Assembly (NCBI RefSeq): GCF_009914755.1
Contig: NC_060928.1
Strand: one strand, 5' to 3'
Source of the DNA: the human T2T-CHM13v2.0 reference genome, Homo sapiens
Length of the DNA: 64,000 nt
This document shows positions 1 to 13,253 of the stretch, piece by piece (positions within the stretch are counted from its first letter, which is position 1; each line of letters opens with the position of its first letter). A program made the translations under genes and the position numbers. The notes below the pieces were generated by a model. That model searched no databases. It was not told the DNA's origin and saw only the letters and a program-made list of their open reading frames with translations.

Positions 1-455
1 TGTCCCTACAAAGGACACGAACTCATCATTTTTTATGGCTGCATAGTATTCCATGGTGTATATGTGCCACATTTTCTTAATCCAGTCTATCATTGTTGGA
101 CATTTAGGTTGGTTCGAAGTCTTTGCTATTGTGAATAGTGCTGCTATAAACATACGTGTGCATGTGTCTTTACAGCAGCATGATTTATAATCCTTTGGGT
201 ATATACCCAGTAATGGGATGGCTGGGTCAAATGGTATTTCCAGTTCTAGATCCCTGAGGAATCGCCACACTGATTTCCACAATGGTTGAACTAGCTTACA
301 GTCCCACCAACAGTGTAAAAGTGTTCCTATTTCTCCACATCCTCTCCAGCACCTGTTGTTTCCTGACTTTTTAATGATCACCATTCTAACTGGTGTGAGA
401 TAGTATCTCATTATGGTTTTGATTTGCATTTCTCTGATGGCCACTGATGATGAGC
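1..455 (-). mobile_element. L1PA (young primate LINE-1), ORF2 3' end, 5'-truncated, runs off the window start
   Basis: Near-consensus L1PA antisense sequence (ATGGCTGCATAGTATTCCATGGTGTATATGTGCCACATTTTCTTAATCCAGTC ... GATGATGAGC). Confidence 0.95.
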
Positions 456-459
456 TCAC

Positions 460-790
460 TTTAAGTCAGAAAGACCTGAATTAGAATCTTGGCTTGTCCA
501 TTTATGAGGCTTCTTAGCATCACTAAGCCTCATCAATAATAGAGAAATAATAATACCACATTCACACACTTGTGAAAAATAAGGGGTGTCATAAGGTACC
601 CATATCTGGCATATAATAAGTTTTAAGCACATATTAATGTAAAGAATGTATTAAGGACATCCTCTGAAGTAGTGATTTGCATTCCTCTTTTACAGAAAAG
701 ACTGAGACTCCGAGAGAGTCATCAACTTGTCCACAGTCATGATTTTTACAAGTAAATATGAAAGCTGGGATTCAAACACAGGTCTACTAA
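460..790. mobile_element. MIR SINE fragments
   Basis: Degenerate MIR core motifs (AGACCTGAATT..., TTTTACAGAAAAGACTGAGACTC..., GCTGGGATTCAAAC). Confidence 0.6.
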
Positions 791-1795
791 GGCAGATTCA
801 TTGCTCTGATTTTTTTAATCTATGTTTTTAAAAACATTCTTTCAACAAGCCAGCCAGGAATTAATGTAAATATTGTACTGAGCTTATGGTTTCAGAATCA
901 AAGGAGAGAGGAACATAGAGAAAAAAATAAAAGCAAAAGCAGTCTACTGCAAACAGTTCACAATTGTAGTTCTGCAAATTATTAAATTTCAAACAATTTA
1001 TATGAGAAATGGTTAAATCAAGATAATATAGTCTGAAGAAGAGACAATTAGGGAAAATAATTGCAATTATCAAATATACAGAAATGTGATTTAGAATATT
1101 ATGTGTACTTTCACTTTGCAAGAGTGGTTTATATTCCTAAAGGATTAAAAATAAAATACAAGAAAAAAAGTTACAAAACAGGTACTTTGCTGCCAATTTT
1201 GGCTGCAATTCTATGGGGTTATTCCCTGGTGGCAGGTAATAAATAAGAGTCCTATTTATGACACATGGGTGAATTATTTTGCTTATATTTGCAAGTTATA
1301 TCACCAGAGAGGAGTTGCTGGCTTGTAAGGAAATATCAACATTTGGGTTATTTAGTTTCTACACAATAGATATTTTAAAAGCAAAATATATTGTCTGAAT
1401 TCTCATGTTAAATTATTATAATGTCCATGAACTTACCAAAAAGAAATTGTTCACAGCAATTTGCCACTTAACAAAGTTATTACCACCAAATAACTTGATT
1501 ATCCTGTAAAATTTTATCGCAATATATAATTTCATACTTAATAAATGTCATATTATTGGCCATTAGCTTGACTGAGGAAGTTTAGGAATTAAATATTCCC
1601 AAATTCGGCTTTCAAGCTGACCACTGACTCCAGACACGGTCATGGATAAGGACAAGAAAAATATTAAATACAAATGTCTAGATGGTTACACACCATACTG
1701 ACCAAGTCAACCCGGCAAAAAAGGCCCATCACCATCTAATAGCAAAATGAAATTTTTAAAACGTCTAAAAGTCACGGAAGCATATAAATATACAA

Positions 1796-1813
1796 CCACA
1801 CCAGGGGGCGCTC
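1796..1813 (+). promoter_or_regulatory. CTCF core binding motif
   Basis: CCACACCAGGGGGCGCTC; 13/14 match to the CCACCAGGGGGCGC core, CpG retained, in unique sequence. Confidence 0.7.
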
Positions 1814-3474
1814 TTAACACTGAAATGATGGATGGCATATTTTAAGACACGTGGTGGTCTCAGCTGTCCAAATGAAAGATTTTCTAAGCATGTAGTACTT
1901 GGCACAAGTGCTTATCTTTTGAAAATGTTTGCTGGCAATACACACATTTTCTTTTGTATCCAACTGTTCGTGTAGTTAAGACTATCAAGTTAGTCTATCA
2001 AGTAAAACATTTACTGCTGATAAAAAATATTTTATTTTTGAAACATTTGTCTACTTAAACTGACATCTGTCTCTTTGTGTAGTTGGGCTGATTCTCAGTA
2101 ATAAACATCGTGCTTAAAAGTACATACAATTTTTTAAAAATGAATTCAGTGTGAATTTTATTTTTTACAAAATTTCCTACCAGAACTTTAACTTTTACTT
2201 TGTGAAAGTGTAATGTAGGTAGTGTGGGTCTTTTCCATATTTTCTCGTTACCTGTTAGAAATCTGAAGCTCAAATGCTCTCCTCAGAAAGTTTCAGATTC
2301 TGCTTCCTAAAAAAATGCAATTAGAAAATTAGTGTCAGATTTCAAAGACAATGAAAAAGCCAGAGGTAAGTACAGGCTATGTTACTCAGAGAAAATCACC
2401 ATATACTACTTCATTAACAGTAAATATTGTCATACAAATGATATCTGATTAAAATAATTTTTAAGAAACAAAGTTGAAAAGGAAGCATCGTAAAGCACAT
2501 GACAAGGGCCTAGCTACCTGTTTTCCAATAGTGGTAGAGAATGAGTCTTTAAACTTTTCTCAACCCATGTGGTTGAGATAACTCTCTTTTTTATACCAGC
2601 TACCTTCATGAGTCACCACTCACCGGTACCCAACCTCAAATGGAAGGTTCTGGCCAAGGTTTGCCTAATATGCTTGGAGACTTCTCAGCAACTTCCTTCA
2701 TGCAAGTTCAAGGAAACAGAAATGGACTTCTCTAATGTTTGAGCCCTAAATCAAATTAACCAGCAGACTAATGCCTCAAATGTGGTTGAAAGGAATATAT
2801 TTTTCATTCTATAACAATAGTGAGGATTTAAAGTTAAAAAATCTAGAGAAAATGATACATTTATTTACTACTTTAGAGTATATGTGCATAACAGAAAGTC
2901 CCACCCAAAAAGCAGATATTAATAGTTCTCAAGGATGTAGGGACACAGAAAAAAAGAGCATAGGATAAAAGAAAAACAGTCCACAGAAGAAAAAACCCTG
3001 GAGGGGTATGCTGGGAGAGGAGTCAGGTGACTACCACTGCCTGTTTTACCTCCTTCTTAATGCCTGGAGTGAAACAAGAACTGAGATATTCACCAAGGTA
3101 CATGTACATGTTTGGTGAGAGGCAACATTTGATGTAAAATAATCTGGCATATGGTTAAACTGCATGAGTATCCATCAACAGCAAAGTCAGAGGCAGTGGT
3201 GTTGAGGTTCTTTGTGGTCAATCTGACTAGAAGTAGGTTCTGAGCCAGTTGCTAGGAAATGGAGATAGACTTTACCCCCATTAGGGCTGGAATGGTAACC
3301 AGAGGGCTACCAAGTAACCTAAATTTTAAATCAGACCCTAGTGCCAACTGAAGATGCTAAACAAGAAATGGCAAGTTTCAAACGTTTTGAAGGTAAAATA
3401 GTTTTGTAAGTGCTTATGAATCCAGGATTAATTGAAGATGCTGCAGATACCAAGGTGAGAACAAGACTAACTGC

Positions 3475-4425
3475 GTTATTTGTTCATTCATTCAACAAAT
3501 ACTTAATGAGCATCTATTTATATACCAAGAACATTTAACGGCTTCAGATAAAGCAATGAACAGAAGAGACAGCGATCTGTGTCCTCATGAAACTCACATT
3601 CTAGTAGGAAACAGGGACCATAAACAATAAATATAATGAATAACCTATATAGAATGTTGTAAGATTATAAGTACAGGAAAAAAAGGAGAAGGGAGAGCAG
3701 TATAAAGGACACTTGGAACACAGGAAGGAAAAAAAATAGATTGCAACAGCAAAAAGGTGAATAGGGTAGGACTCATCTGTAATGTTTCACATATCAAAGG
3801 CCATGAGGGAGGTGAGGGAGTCAGACATGCAGTCTTCTGGGGGAAGAGTGTTCCAGTAAAAGGGAACAGTGAGTTGAACGGCTCTAAAGTGAGAGGGTAC
3901 CTGAGCTGCTCAGAAAACAGCAAGTTAGCCACTATTCTGGAATGGAATGAAAAAGGGAACAGTAGTAGAAGAGGCTAGAGAAGTAACAAAAAAGCCAGAT
4001 GGTGTAGCTTTTACTGGGAATAAAACAGGAAGCATTTTTACAAAGTGGAGAGAAATGGTCAGAGACTGAATATATTTTGAAAATAGACGGGACAGGATTT
4101 TCTGATAAGCTAGATGTGGGTATGAAGAATGTAGAGTCAAGGATGATACAAAGGTTTTTATCTGAGTAACTGAGCTGGCATTTAGTGAGGCTAGAAGAGT
4201 GTGGGAAAAAACAGGTGATTGGTGGGAAATAATTATTCTGGGTTTAGATATATGAAATTTGAGATGTCCACTAGATCTATCCAAGAGGAACTATATATAA
4301 ACTATGCAGTTGGCTATACTGGTGTGAAGTTTGAGGACGATCAAATTTAACACCATAGATATAGCCGTTGAGATGTAAGAAGAAATGAGTGCAGATAGAG
4401 GGGAGAGGACAGAGAACTAGCCCTC
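3475..4425 (-). mobile_element. L2 LINE, 3' part (resumes at about 4950-5150 after the MLT1 insertion)
   Basis: TTCATTCATTCAACAAATACTTAATGAGC L2 3' terminus followed by typical purine-rich antisense L2 body. Confidence 0.8.
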
Positions 4426-4427
4426 AA

Positions 4428-4937
4428 GTGGACAGACTCAGGTGCTCCATTATCCTCACCTTCTCGTGTTCACATCCCTGTATGATTCCCATCTCCCAGA
4501 ATGTAGGCAGGATCTGTAACTTGTTTCTAACCAATAGAATATGTGACGGTGAGATGTATGTGAAGCAAGCATCATGTGGGGGAAACAATCTGGCAAGGAA
4601 CTGAGGGAAGCCTCTAGAAACTTAGGGCAGCCTCCAGCTGCCAGCTTGCAAGGCCTTCAGCCTCCAGCCAACAAAACATAAGGCCCTCCCTCCTATAGCT
4701 CGAAGAAAATAAGCTCTGCAGAAAACTTGAGTAAATTTAGAAAGAAATCCTTCTGAAGTCAAGCATTCGGATGATATCCCAGGCCCAAATGATACTCTGA
4801 CTGCAGCCTTGCAGAAGACCCAGGTAAGCTGTGAGCAGACTTCTGACACACAGAAACTATGAGATTAAAAAAAAGTCTGTTATTTTAAAGCACTACAATT
4901 TGTAGTAATTTGTTATGCACCAATGGAAAAGTAATGT
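4428..4937 (+). mobile_element. MLT1 (E/F-like) MaLR solo LTR inserted in L2
   Basis: CTTGTTTCTAACCAATAGAATATG and 3' end CAGAAACTATGAGAT...GTAATTTGTTATGCA. Confidence 0.8.
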
Positions 4938-6096
4938 AATTCCTGGGTTACTCCAGCATTTGCAGGCAAGGGAGCTAAGAAAGCGCCAATAAAAAGACCA
5001 AGGAAGAGAAAGGCCAGTGAGGTAAGAGGAAAACCAAGAGAAAAGCATTTCAGCAAGCAGTTTCTTGCCAGCTTTCTCAGAGAGGAATAGACAAAAATGC
5101 AAGGGAAAATTGAATCTTCTAGAAGCTGACAGGTAATCAGCATTGAAAATGACAGGAGAAGCCGGGTTCAGCCACTTCCACTCCAGCCTCAAGGTCCTCT
5201 ATTTTACCCCCTCTTAGCAGAAGGTGGTAAGAGGCAGCGATGTTGCATGGAAATTGGTAGAAGCCAGAAAGTGTTTCTGTTCTTTTTGTTCTAGGTGCTC
5301 ATTCACTAACCACACTAGATTTTACATATAAAGATTTACAGCTGATTTATCACAGATGAATTTTTTGGGGAGTGGGAGTCCTTGTAACCTAGCCAAGCTG
5401 TTCACTGCTAAGTAAATGACATTCAGCCTTACTAGGCTCCTAAGACCCAATTAGTGTCAGAGCTGTGCTAGTTCACTGTTTATGAGGCTTTGAAGGTTGG
5501 TATTTCAAAACTCACTAACTAATGCTAATTAAAGTCGGCTCATTTTAATTACTAAATCACTAACATACCTATTTTTAAACTTTTCATTGTTATAAGACAT
5601 GCTTGGATTGGCTTTTAATTTATTTTTCAAAAAAATCAATACAATCAAATCTAATGAGCATTTATTATGCGAAAGGCCCTGAATTAACTAGGTATAGCTC
5701 AGTGAAAAAAGCTGGCCCTGTTGCTTTTTGTATACCTATAATTTGGATGCAAACTTATGCTATTTTTACTGTTGTACAAAAACTGTTTTATGCCCTAATG
5801 TGATTAGTATTCAGCTTTAATCTATATTTATCTATAGGGAGCATACTATTTTCCCATAACTCTTTGAAAGCAATTATTCCTCTATTCATTCACTCAATGA
5901 AGATTTATTGAGCACTTACTTAGTTACACAAAGTGGAAAAGTAGGATTTAAAAAATAGCGTATTTAAAGTTCTGTAAGACACATCCAAAATGTGTCCCTT
6001 TTATGTATTCAATACACTTTATCTATGTATATGTTTACATACATAATATATATGGTGTGTGTTTGTGTGTTTATGTGTATATATATTTATATATGC

Positions 6097-6432
6097 TCAA
6101 TCGTCCCTTGGATTCCATGGAGCATTGGTTCCAGGACCTCCCTTGGATACCAAAATCTTCAGATGCTCAATTCCCTTATATAAAATGGTGTCATATTTGC
6201 ATATAACCTATTCACATGCTCCTGTATACTTTAAATCATCTTTAGATTACCTGTAATAGCTACTACAATGTAAATGCTATGTAATTACTGTGACACCATT
6301 GTTAAGGGAATAATGACAAGAAAAAAAGTCTGTACATGTCAGTACAGTTGCAATTCTTTCCCCAAATATTTTAAATCCATAGTTATTTGAATACATGACT
6401 ATAAAATCCATGGATATGGAGGGCTAACTATA
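6097..6432. mobile_element. MER2 (TcMar-Tigger MITE)
   Basis: GGTTCCAGGACCTCCC...GATACCAAAATC...ATTTGCATATAACCTA...CCATGGATATGGAGGGC; flanked by TG/TA-rich and CA simple repeats. Confidence 0.85.
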
Positions 6433-6982
6433 CACACACAGACACACATACACACTTTATATGGCTCTGCAAGTGCTAGTAATACAACTCTGCCCCTTGC
6501 GCCATCAGTTTCTCCCCAGGTTTTGCTCCATCATCAAGGCTAAAAGATTAAATCAATTTCTCCTATGTTTTGCTTTGTTTAGTTTAGCAGTGTTCACTTC
6601 TCTCAGTAATATCTCTGACATTGTGAAACACAGAGAAATATAAGATTAGATCATGGCATGGAGGAGTTTTTAACTTATTTTATTACTAACTATTTTCTAT
6701 TTTTTAAATGCCCTCCCCATTTGAATGTAGACTCCTCCACAGCAGAGGCTCCTGTGAACTTTTCACTGATGTAGCTTTTAATGGATAGTATATGCTCAAT
6801 AAGCATTGACTGATTAGCAGCTTTCCAAAATGATTTGAGGTGGCTTGCATGAAAATGGAAATAGAGACTTAGAGAAGAACATATGCTGTTAGATAAGCAT
6901 GTATAAATTACAGCTAAATAAGGTATTACATAATGTTTAATACAGCTTTTACTTAACAATTTAATGAATTGGAGACAATGAA

Positions 6983-7173
6983 TTTTTTTTTATTATACTT
7001 TAAGTTTTAGGGTACATGTGCACAACGTGCAGGTTAGTTACACATGTATACATGTGCCATGTTGGTGTGCAGCACCCAGTAACTCGTCATTTAACATTAG
7101 GTATATCTCCAAATGCTATCCCTCCCCGCTCCCCTCACCCCACAACAGGCCCTGGTGTGTGATGTTCCCCTTC
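6983..7173 (-). mobile_element. L1PA 3' end (about 190 bp, 5'-truncated)
   Basis: poly(T) followed by TATTATACTTTAAGTTTTAGGGTACATGTGCACAACGTGCAGG. Confidence 0.95.
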
Positions 7174-7413
7174 TATTTTAAGAATATGTTCATATAACTA
7201 CCATACTTGAAAATTAAGTCTAGCCCTGTGCTTCCTCACAGCTATCATAAAAAGAGAAACATAGATTGTGTAATTGTATTTCCAACTAAAAGATGTTTTT
7301 TTTATCAACAACAAAAATTTTCCTGAGTGGTAAATTCTAGTAAGAATTTATTACAAGGATGATTATACTAAAGCATGTGTCTTCCTTAATGGTCTTAGGG
7401 AAGATAGATAAAT

Positions 7414-7590
7414 TGATTTAAAAATGAGATACTGATTTAAAAATGATTTAAAAATAATGATTTAAAATAATTTAAAATGATTTAATTTTAAATAATTTAA
7501 ATGATTTAATTTTAAATAATTTAAAATGATTTAAAATAATTTAAATGATTTAAAATGATTTAAAAATAATGATTTAAAAATGAGATACTG
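7414..7590. repeat. AT-rich imperfect tandem array (TGATTTAAAA[TAA]-like units) bounded by a 21-bp direct repeat
   Basis: TGATTTAAAAATGAGATACTG at 7414-7434 and 7570-7590. Confidence 0.9.
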
Positions 7591-8689
7591 GATTGAATAA
7601 GATACAAGCCTCCTCCTAGGATTTACACTTTGATTCTGTTAACTATTACTCTTTGTGTTATTGACACCTCAGTAATTAATCATTAGGACAAGCTGGTGAG
7701 CATTTTCAAGACGGAGCGGGAAAAGCAGACTGCTAAATGAACAAAAATTTCTTGTACTTTCAAAGTGCACAATGTATTCAAATAATATAGATATCTCACA
7801 TAAAAAATCTCAATATACCTCAGTATTAATATCTATTTTCCACTTCCTAAAAGTGTAAGACTTCACTTCATTTTAATATAAAGTGCCACATGAAGTTACA
7901 TGAGTGAACACATTGTTAGCCTGTAAAGCACTGAAAAAATATATAAATTACTAACACTGTAAAGAAGTAAAATTATTTACCACAGTATTATATAAGCGAC
8001 AGCAAACTGTTATTCTTCACTACTGTACATAGGTCGAACATATTGCCTGCCAATACTATGCTCAGCTACTTAACCCACTGCCCCTGTTTAGTGCAATCAT
8101 TAGGTGGTCAGGCTTTGTATTATGTGTCCAAGTACCAAAAGGGCCAGAATTGACAAGATTACCATTGTAATCTAAGGACAAGGAATCCATTAAGTTTGCT
8201 TGTGACATTCAATGAGGACCGGTTCAACTTAAAAAAATGATGTTGCCAATTTATTTCCTTCTCTTCGGATGTGAACTAAGAAATACCAAGAACATGAAGC
8301 AGTGACAGACTGTGACAGAGGCATAAAGAAAGAGGTAATGCAAGTTACCGGGGAACAAAGGCTTAGAGAGCAGTAGAGCTGCTATTAGAGATCTTTTGGC
8401 CCATGACAGGATCCAAGAAGGTAGGTGACTCCCGAGAGGACTGGTTTTGCAGTTAGATATTAATCCACTTGTAACAAGAAAACACCTTTGTCTTGAGATA
8501 ACTTGAGCAAGTATTATTTGAGAGGAACCAGAAAAGATAAAGAAATTGCATATCTAAGATAAGCAAAACTAGTTTTAAAGTATTCTTAGATATTTATGAA
8601 TTTCAGTTTCTCTTACTCCAGATTTAACATAAAACTAATTTCAAATCAGACATGAAAGAAGGAAAATGAACTCAATGAATTTTAATAGC

Positions 8690-11090
8690 ATTTTAAACAT
8701 TTTATTTTGAAGTAATTTAGACATAGATAAAAGCTGCAAAATTAGTAAGCATTCTGTTATATCCTCCACTCATTTCCCTAATATTAACAACTTACATAAC
8801 AAAAGTACAGGAAATTAACAGTGATACAATATTATTAACTAAACTCTAGACTTTACTTGATAGTCACCCATTTTTCCACTAATGGCCCTTTTCTGTTCCA
8901 AAAGATCCTATTCAGGATCTAACACTGCATTTAGCTGGTTTTTCTACTTAGTCTCCTCCAAAATGTAATAGTTCCTCAGTCTTCCCTTTTCTTTAATGAC
9001 CTAGATACTTCTGAAGAATATTGTTTTGTAAAATGTCCTTCCATTTATGTTTGTCTAATGATCTATCAAATTACAATGACGTTATGTATTTTTTGATAAG
9101 AATACTACAAAAATGGTTTTGTGACTTTCTTAGCGCATCAAGACCAAGGGGTTCACATATTTATCAATGTGTCTTATTCCAAATGATGTTTACCTTGATG
9201 ATTTGATAAAGCTGGTGTTAACCAGGTTCTCCCACAGATTTCTTTTTGTAGTTGGTAAGTATCTTGGGAATATACTTTGAAACTATGCAAAATCCTGTTT
9301 CTCCCAATTAATTTTTGTATCCATAGGAGACTTTATGACATATATTACTGTGGTGTTTGCCTAATGGTGGTTCTCTATTTCCTTATTTCCTTCTGCATTT
9401 ATTAATTAAAATTCTACTGTGAAAAGGGGTTGTCTCTTTTCCCTCATGTATTTATTTATTTACTGAATTATTTATTGATGTCAGCAAAGACTCAAGAGCA
9501 TTTTGTTTTATTCTGGACGTTAAAATCCAGTACTATTATTATTTATTGCTCAATTTGTTCATTAGGAGCTCCTTCAGATTGTCTCCTATGCTCTTGTGAC
9601 AAACCACTTTTTTCTTTTCTCATTTCGCACTTTCTTACTTTCTAATAACTCAACATGTTAAATACTTAATTAGCACTTTTCTTGCCCTAACCCTGAAATC
9701 AACTACTTCTCTAAGGAGTTCTAATTTCCTTTTCTGGGTAGTGGTGTTTAAGGACCAAAGTCTAGGTGCTAGGAATCATCATTTTTAAAGGGGTGCCATT
9801 GCTTTTGACCCTCTTACCAGTCATAGCTAGGTTATATAAATATGAATACACAAATACACACACACACACACACACACACACAGAGCTGATTTTCATTATT
9901 TGCAATTTTATTCACAAATTGACCTATTCATTAAAATTTGTTTGTAACCCCAAAATCAAATCAATTCTCAAGATATTTTCAAAGTCATTCTCAGACCTGG
10001 GCAGAATATGAAAAATCTGAGTCACCCAATGCACATTATCACAGCTCAAGGTGAACAAAGCAATGCTTTGCCATCTTGTTTCAGTTCTCATACTGTAGAT
10101 ACATGTCCCACTGGAGATCTATCTAGTGTCACATTTTTTGCTTTTCTGTGCTTTGTGTTGCTGACTTTGCTGTTTAAAATAGATCCCGAGTGTAGTGCCG
10201 AAGCACTGGCTAGTGTTCTTAGGCACAAGGCGGTTGTGGTGTGCCTTACAGAGAACATATGTATGTTAGATAAGCTTCCTTTAGGCATACATTATAGTGC
10301 TGTTGGCTGTGAATTCAATAGTAATGAGTCAGCAATATGTATTAAATGTCTTTAACTAGAAACACACATAAAACAAGGTTATGCATTGATTGATTGATTG
10401 ATTGATGAAAACGTGACCAGAGGCTCATGGGAACCTAACTCTGTATTTCCTTAGGAGCAATGGTGCTGTATTTGCTAGCTCAGTGATTTTATGGACCATC
10501 ACTATTGTGAGTAACAGGGATTAGCTGTATTTCTTTATCTGTTTATCAGTATATACGCTAAAAACAAAGAACTTATATGGATACCTCTCATTCTAATCCA
10601 CATAACAACACAGGATTCATTTAACCCTTCCTCTTTTTCTTATTTACATACTTCTTTCTCCAACAGTCAGAAATCTGACTCTCATCATCTAAAATTTGTC
10701 TACTTATTTGCTCAATTGTGGCATATACATAAACATTTTAGAAAATATGTGTGTATAAAATACACATTTTGCTAGTCAACACTCCTGTAAAAACATTTAT
10801 AATATGATTACAGCAGTTATGTACATTTTTTTTTACTTTAACCATACAGTATCCAGTCAAGATAATGTTTTACCATAGTAATTTTAGTTAGTTGTTCTCT
10901 ATTCTCTTTAGTGTGGTTATCTTATTCATTTGTAATACAATTAGGCTTGTCTTCTATTGTTTGTATTTTATTTTAGCTTCCCTAACATCAGTATTTGTTT
11001 TAACTGTTTGTTTATTAAGTGAATATATAAAATAGTACTATAATTATAAAGTTAGTTATAGAAAGAGATATATCCATAGAATTGTGATTA
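8690..11090 (-). mobile_element. Old L1MC-type LINE-1 3' region, interrupted by (CA)n and MER82
   Basis: ATTTTATTTTGAAGTAATTTAGAC...GAAATTAACAGTGATACAATATTATTAACTAAACT typical of L1MC 3' UTR antisense. Confidence 0.75.
9881..10527 (-). mobile_element. MER82 (TcMar-Tigger DNA transposon derivative)
   Basis: GTGACCAGAGGCTCATGGGAACCTAACTCTGTATTTCCTTAGGAGCAATGG and TTTGTTTGTAACCCCAAAATCAA. Confidence 0.8.
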
Positions 11091-11699
11091 GTGCTATCTT
11101 TTCACTCAACTGATTCTGCATTATCTACAAATTATGAATTTAAACTGTTTCCATTTCAATTGTGGAACTTAAGTTTACCACATGTAGCTGTATATTTAAG
11201 TACATGTTTTCACACAGGTGGAATGAGAAAATTTTAAAGCAAAATAATTAAATGTCTTACTTGTGGATAATTCAAGTGAAGGTTAACTCTGTTTCTTTAG
11301 AACTATTTTTTAGCCATATAAATCAAAGCAGAAAGATATGTTGAGTAGAATATAGAGTGATTATTTTAAAATTAGACTACTTGTTGATTTTCCAGTGCCT
11401 CTTAATTAGTCACTTGGAACAAATATATTATAATCTATATTAACATATGCATCAATATGTATCAACATACAAGATATTAGGGTTCTCATATTTACTCTGG
11501 GTAACTGGCTAGCTAATATGTTGAGTTTTTAAAAAGTAGTACTGAATTTATAAAACATGCAATAGAATAAGTATTCCTCTTTACATAATATATGAAAGGA
11601 CATCTTAATATAGATCCCATTAGAGTGCTAACAGTATACAGTAATCAAGAAAGCTGACAGATTTGACGGTATGAATAGGAAAATTCTTCACGATGATAT

Positions 11700-11830
11700 T
11701 CAAGACAGTAGCCACACTAGCCATATGTGGCTATTTCAATTCAAATTTAAATTAGAAAGATAAAATAACTGCATTGCACAATGCAGACACTTCCATCACT
11801 GCTGAAAGTTCTATTGGGCAGCACTGTTCT
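11700..11830. mobile_element. MER3/MER33-like hAT-Charlie fragment
   Basis: CACTAGCCATATGTGGCTATT...TTCCATCACTGCTGAAAGTTCTATTGGGCAGCACTG. Confidence 0.7.
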
Positions 11831-12337
11831 ACACTGTAAATCCATAAGGCTAGTGCCTATTTTTCTTGTTTCAGCACAGTGCCTTAACACACAGTAGACA
11901 CTAAGGACAGATTTGGGAAAGAAGTGAATAAATGGCAATAGTATCAGGAACAAAATCTGGCAGCATGTATCAAAAGATGTTTATTACAGAATATTTATAA
12001 TTTAAGACAGTGAGAAAAACCTATATATCCAATAAGATGCAGTCATTAAAGTAATATATTCTTAAAATGGAATATTATAAAACCATTAAAAAGGCCGCTT
12101 ACAAAAAATTAATGACTTGAAAAGAGTTATATTCTATAGTTAAGTGAAATATGCTATTGTAACATTTTAATGGGAAATAATAATGAAAATATAAACATCA
12201 AAAGCTAAGAGTGATATCAAGTTATCAGATTATATTTTTTCTTTTGTCATTATGTATTTTATGAAGTTTCTGTAATAATGTTGTACTTTGTCATAGAATT
12301 TTAAATTAATTTTAAAGAAATTAACAAAAGTTTATTA

Positions 12338-12584
12338 GGCCAGGTGCGGTGCCTCACGTCTGTAATCCCAGCACTTTGGGAGGCTGAGGCAGGTGGATCA
12401 CCTGAGGTCAGGAGTTCGAAACCAGCCTGGCCAACATGGTGAAAACCTATCTCTACTAAAAATACAAAATTAGCCAGGCATGGTGGCACACACCTGTAAT
12501 CCCAGCTACTCAGGAGGCTGAAGCAGGAAATCGCTTGAACCCAGGAGGCAGATTTTGCAGTGAGCTGAGATAGCACCACTGCAC
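12338..12584 (+). mobile_element. AluS, 3'-truncated (no poly-A), with a 23-bp target-site duplication (TSD)
   Basis: GGCCAGGTGCGGTG...ACCACTGCAC; flanks 12315-12337 and 12585-12607 are 21/23 identical. Confidence 0.95.
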
Positions 12585-13155
12585 AAGAAATTAACAAAAT
12601 ATTATTAGCAAAAATATTTATATATTATTTATTTGATTAAAAAAGGAAAAAATCAATGATTTATGTGCCTGTGTACTTTTCTCTCTTTATTTTATATTAG
12701 GAGTAAGTATCGAAAATAATGATTTTCAGTAAAGATTTTCAATACTTATTCCTGATTTAAAATAAAGAGAGAAAAGTATACAGGGAGAATGACAAAATAG
12801 ATACTAATTTTCATAGAAGAAAATATGATGAAGGCATTAAAAATATGTTTTTGAATAATATTAATCTATGGTAAACTATCCATGTATATTGTGATACTCT
12901 GATTTACAGATTGACAAAAAAAACTAAAAAAAAGCATGTAAATAACAAGACCCAAATTTGTTGAACTCATATAATGAAGAGATATGTAATATTTTTTACA
13001 TGATATTAAGATACTTTAACATATTAACTCAAGTAGCATGTGGGTTTCAGATCATTTTTCATTCAGACAGGTGTTTAAGTATTTAAATACATGAAACGAG
13101 AGAAACAGAAAACTGTTTACAATGAGCTTCTCTGGGTCTTGGGGTGACAAGTAAT

Positions 13156-13193
13156 TTTCATAGTTTTAAAACACTTTCATAGTTTTAAAACAC
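13156..13193. repeat. 19-bp tandem duplication
   Basis: TTTCATAGTTTTAAAACAC x2. Confidence 0.9.
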
Positions 13194-13253
13194 TGAAATA
13201 AGTCTGGTTTTCTTTAATAATAAGACAAATTAATATTTATTTAAAAAATCCCT

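Noticed and set aside
8281-8334. 54-nt exon-like segment KYQEHEAVTDCDRGIKKE, vaguely TPR-like
   Set aside because: Weak acceptor, no linked exons, resemblance plausibly by chance
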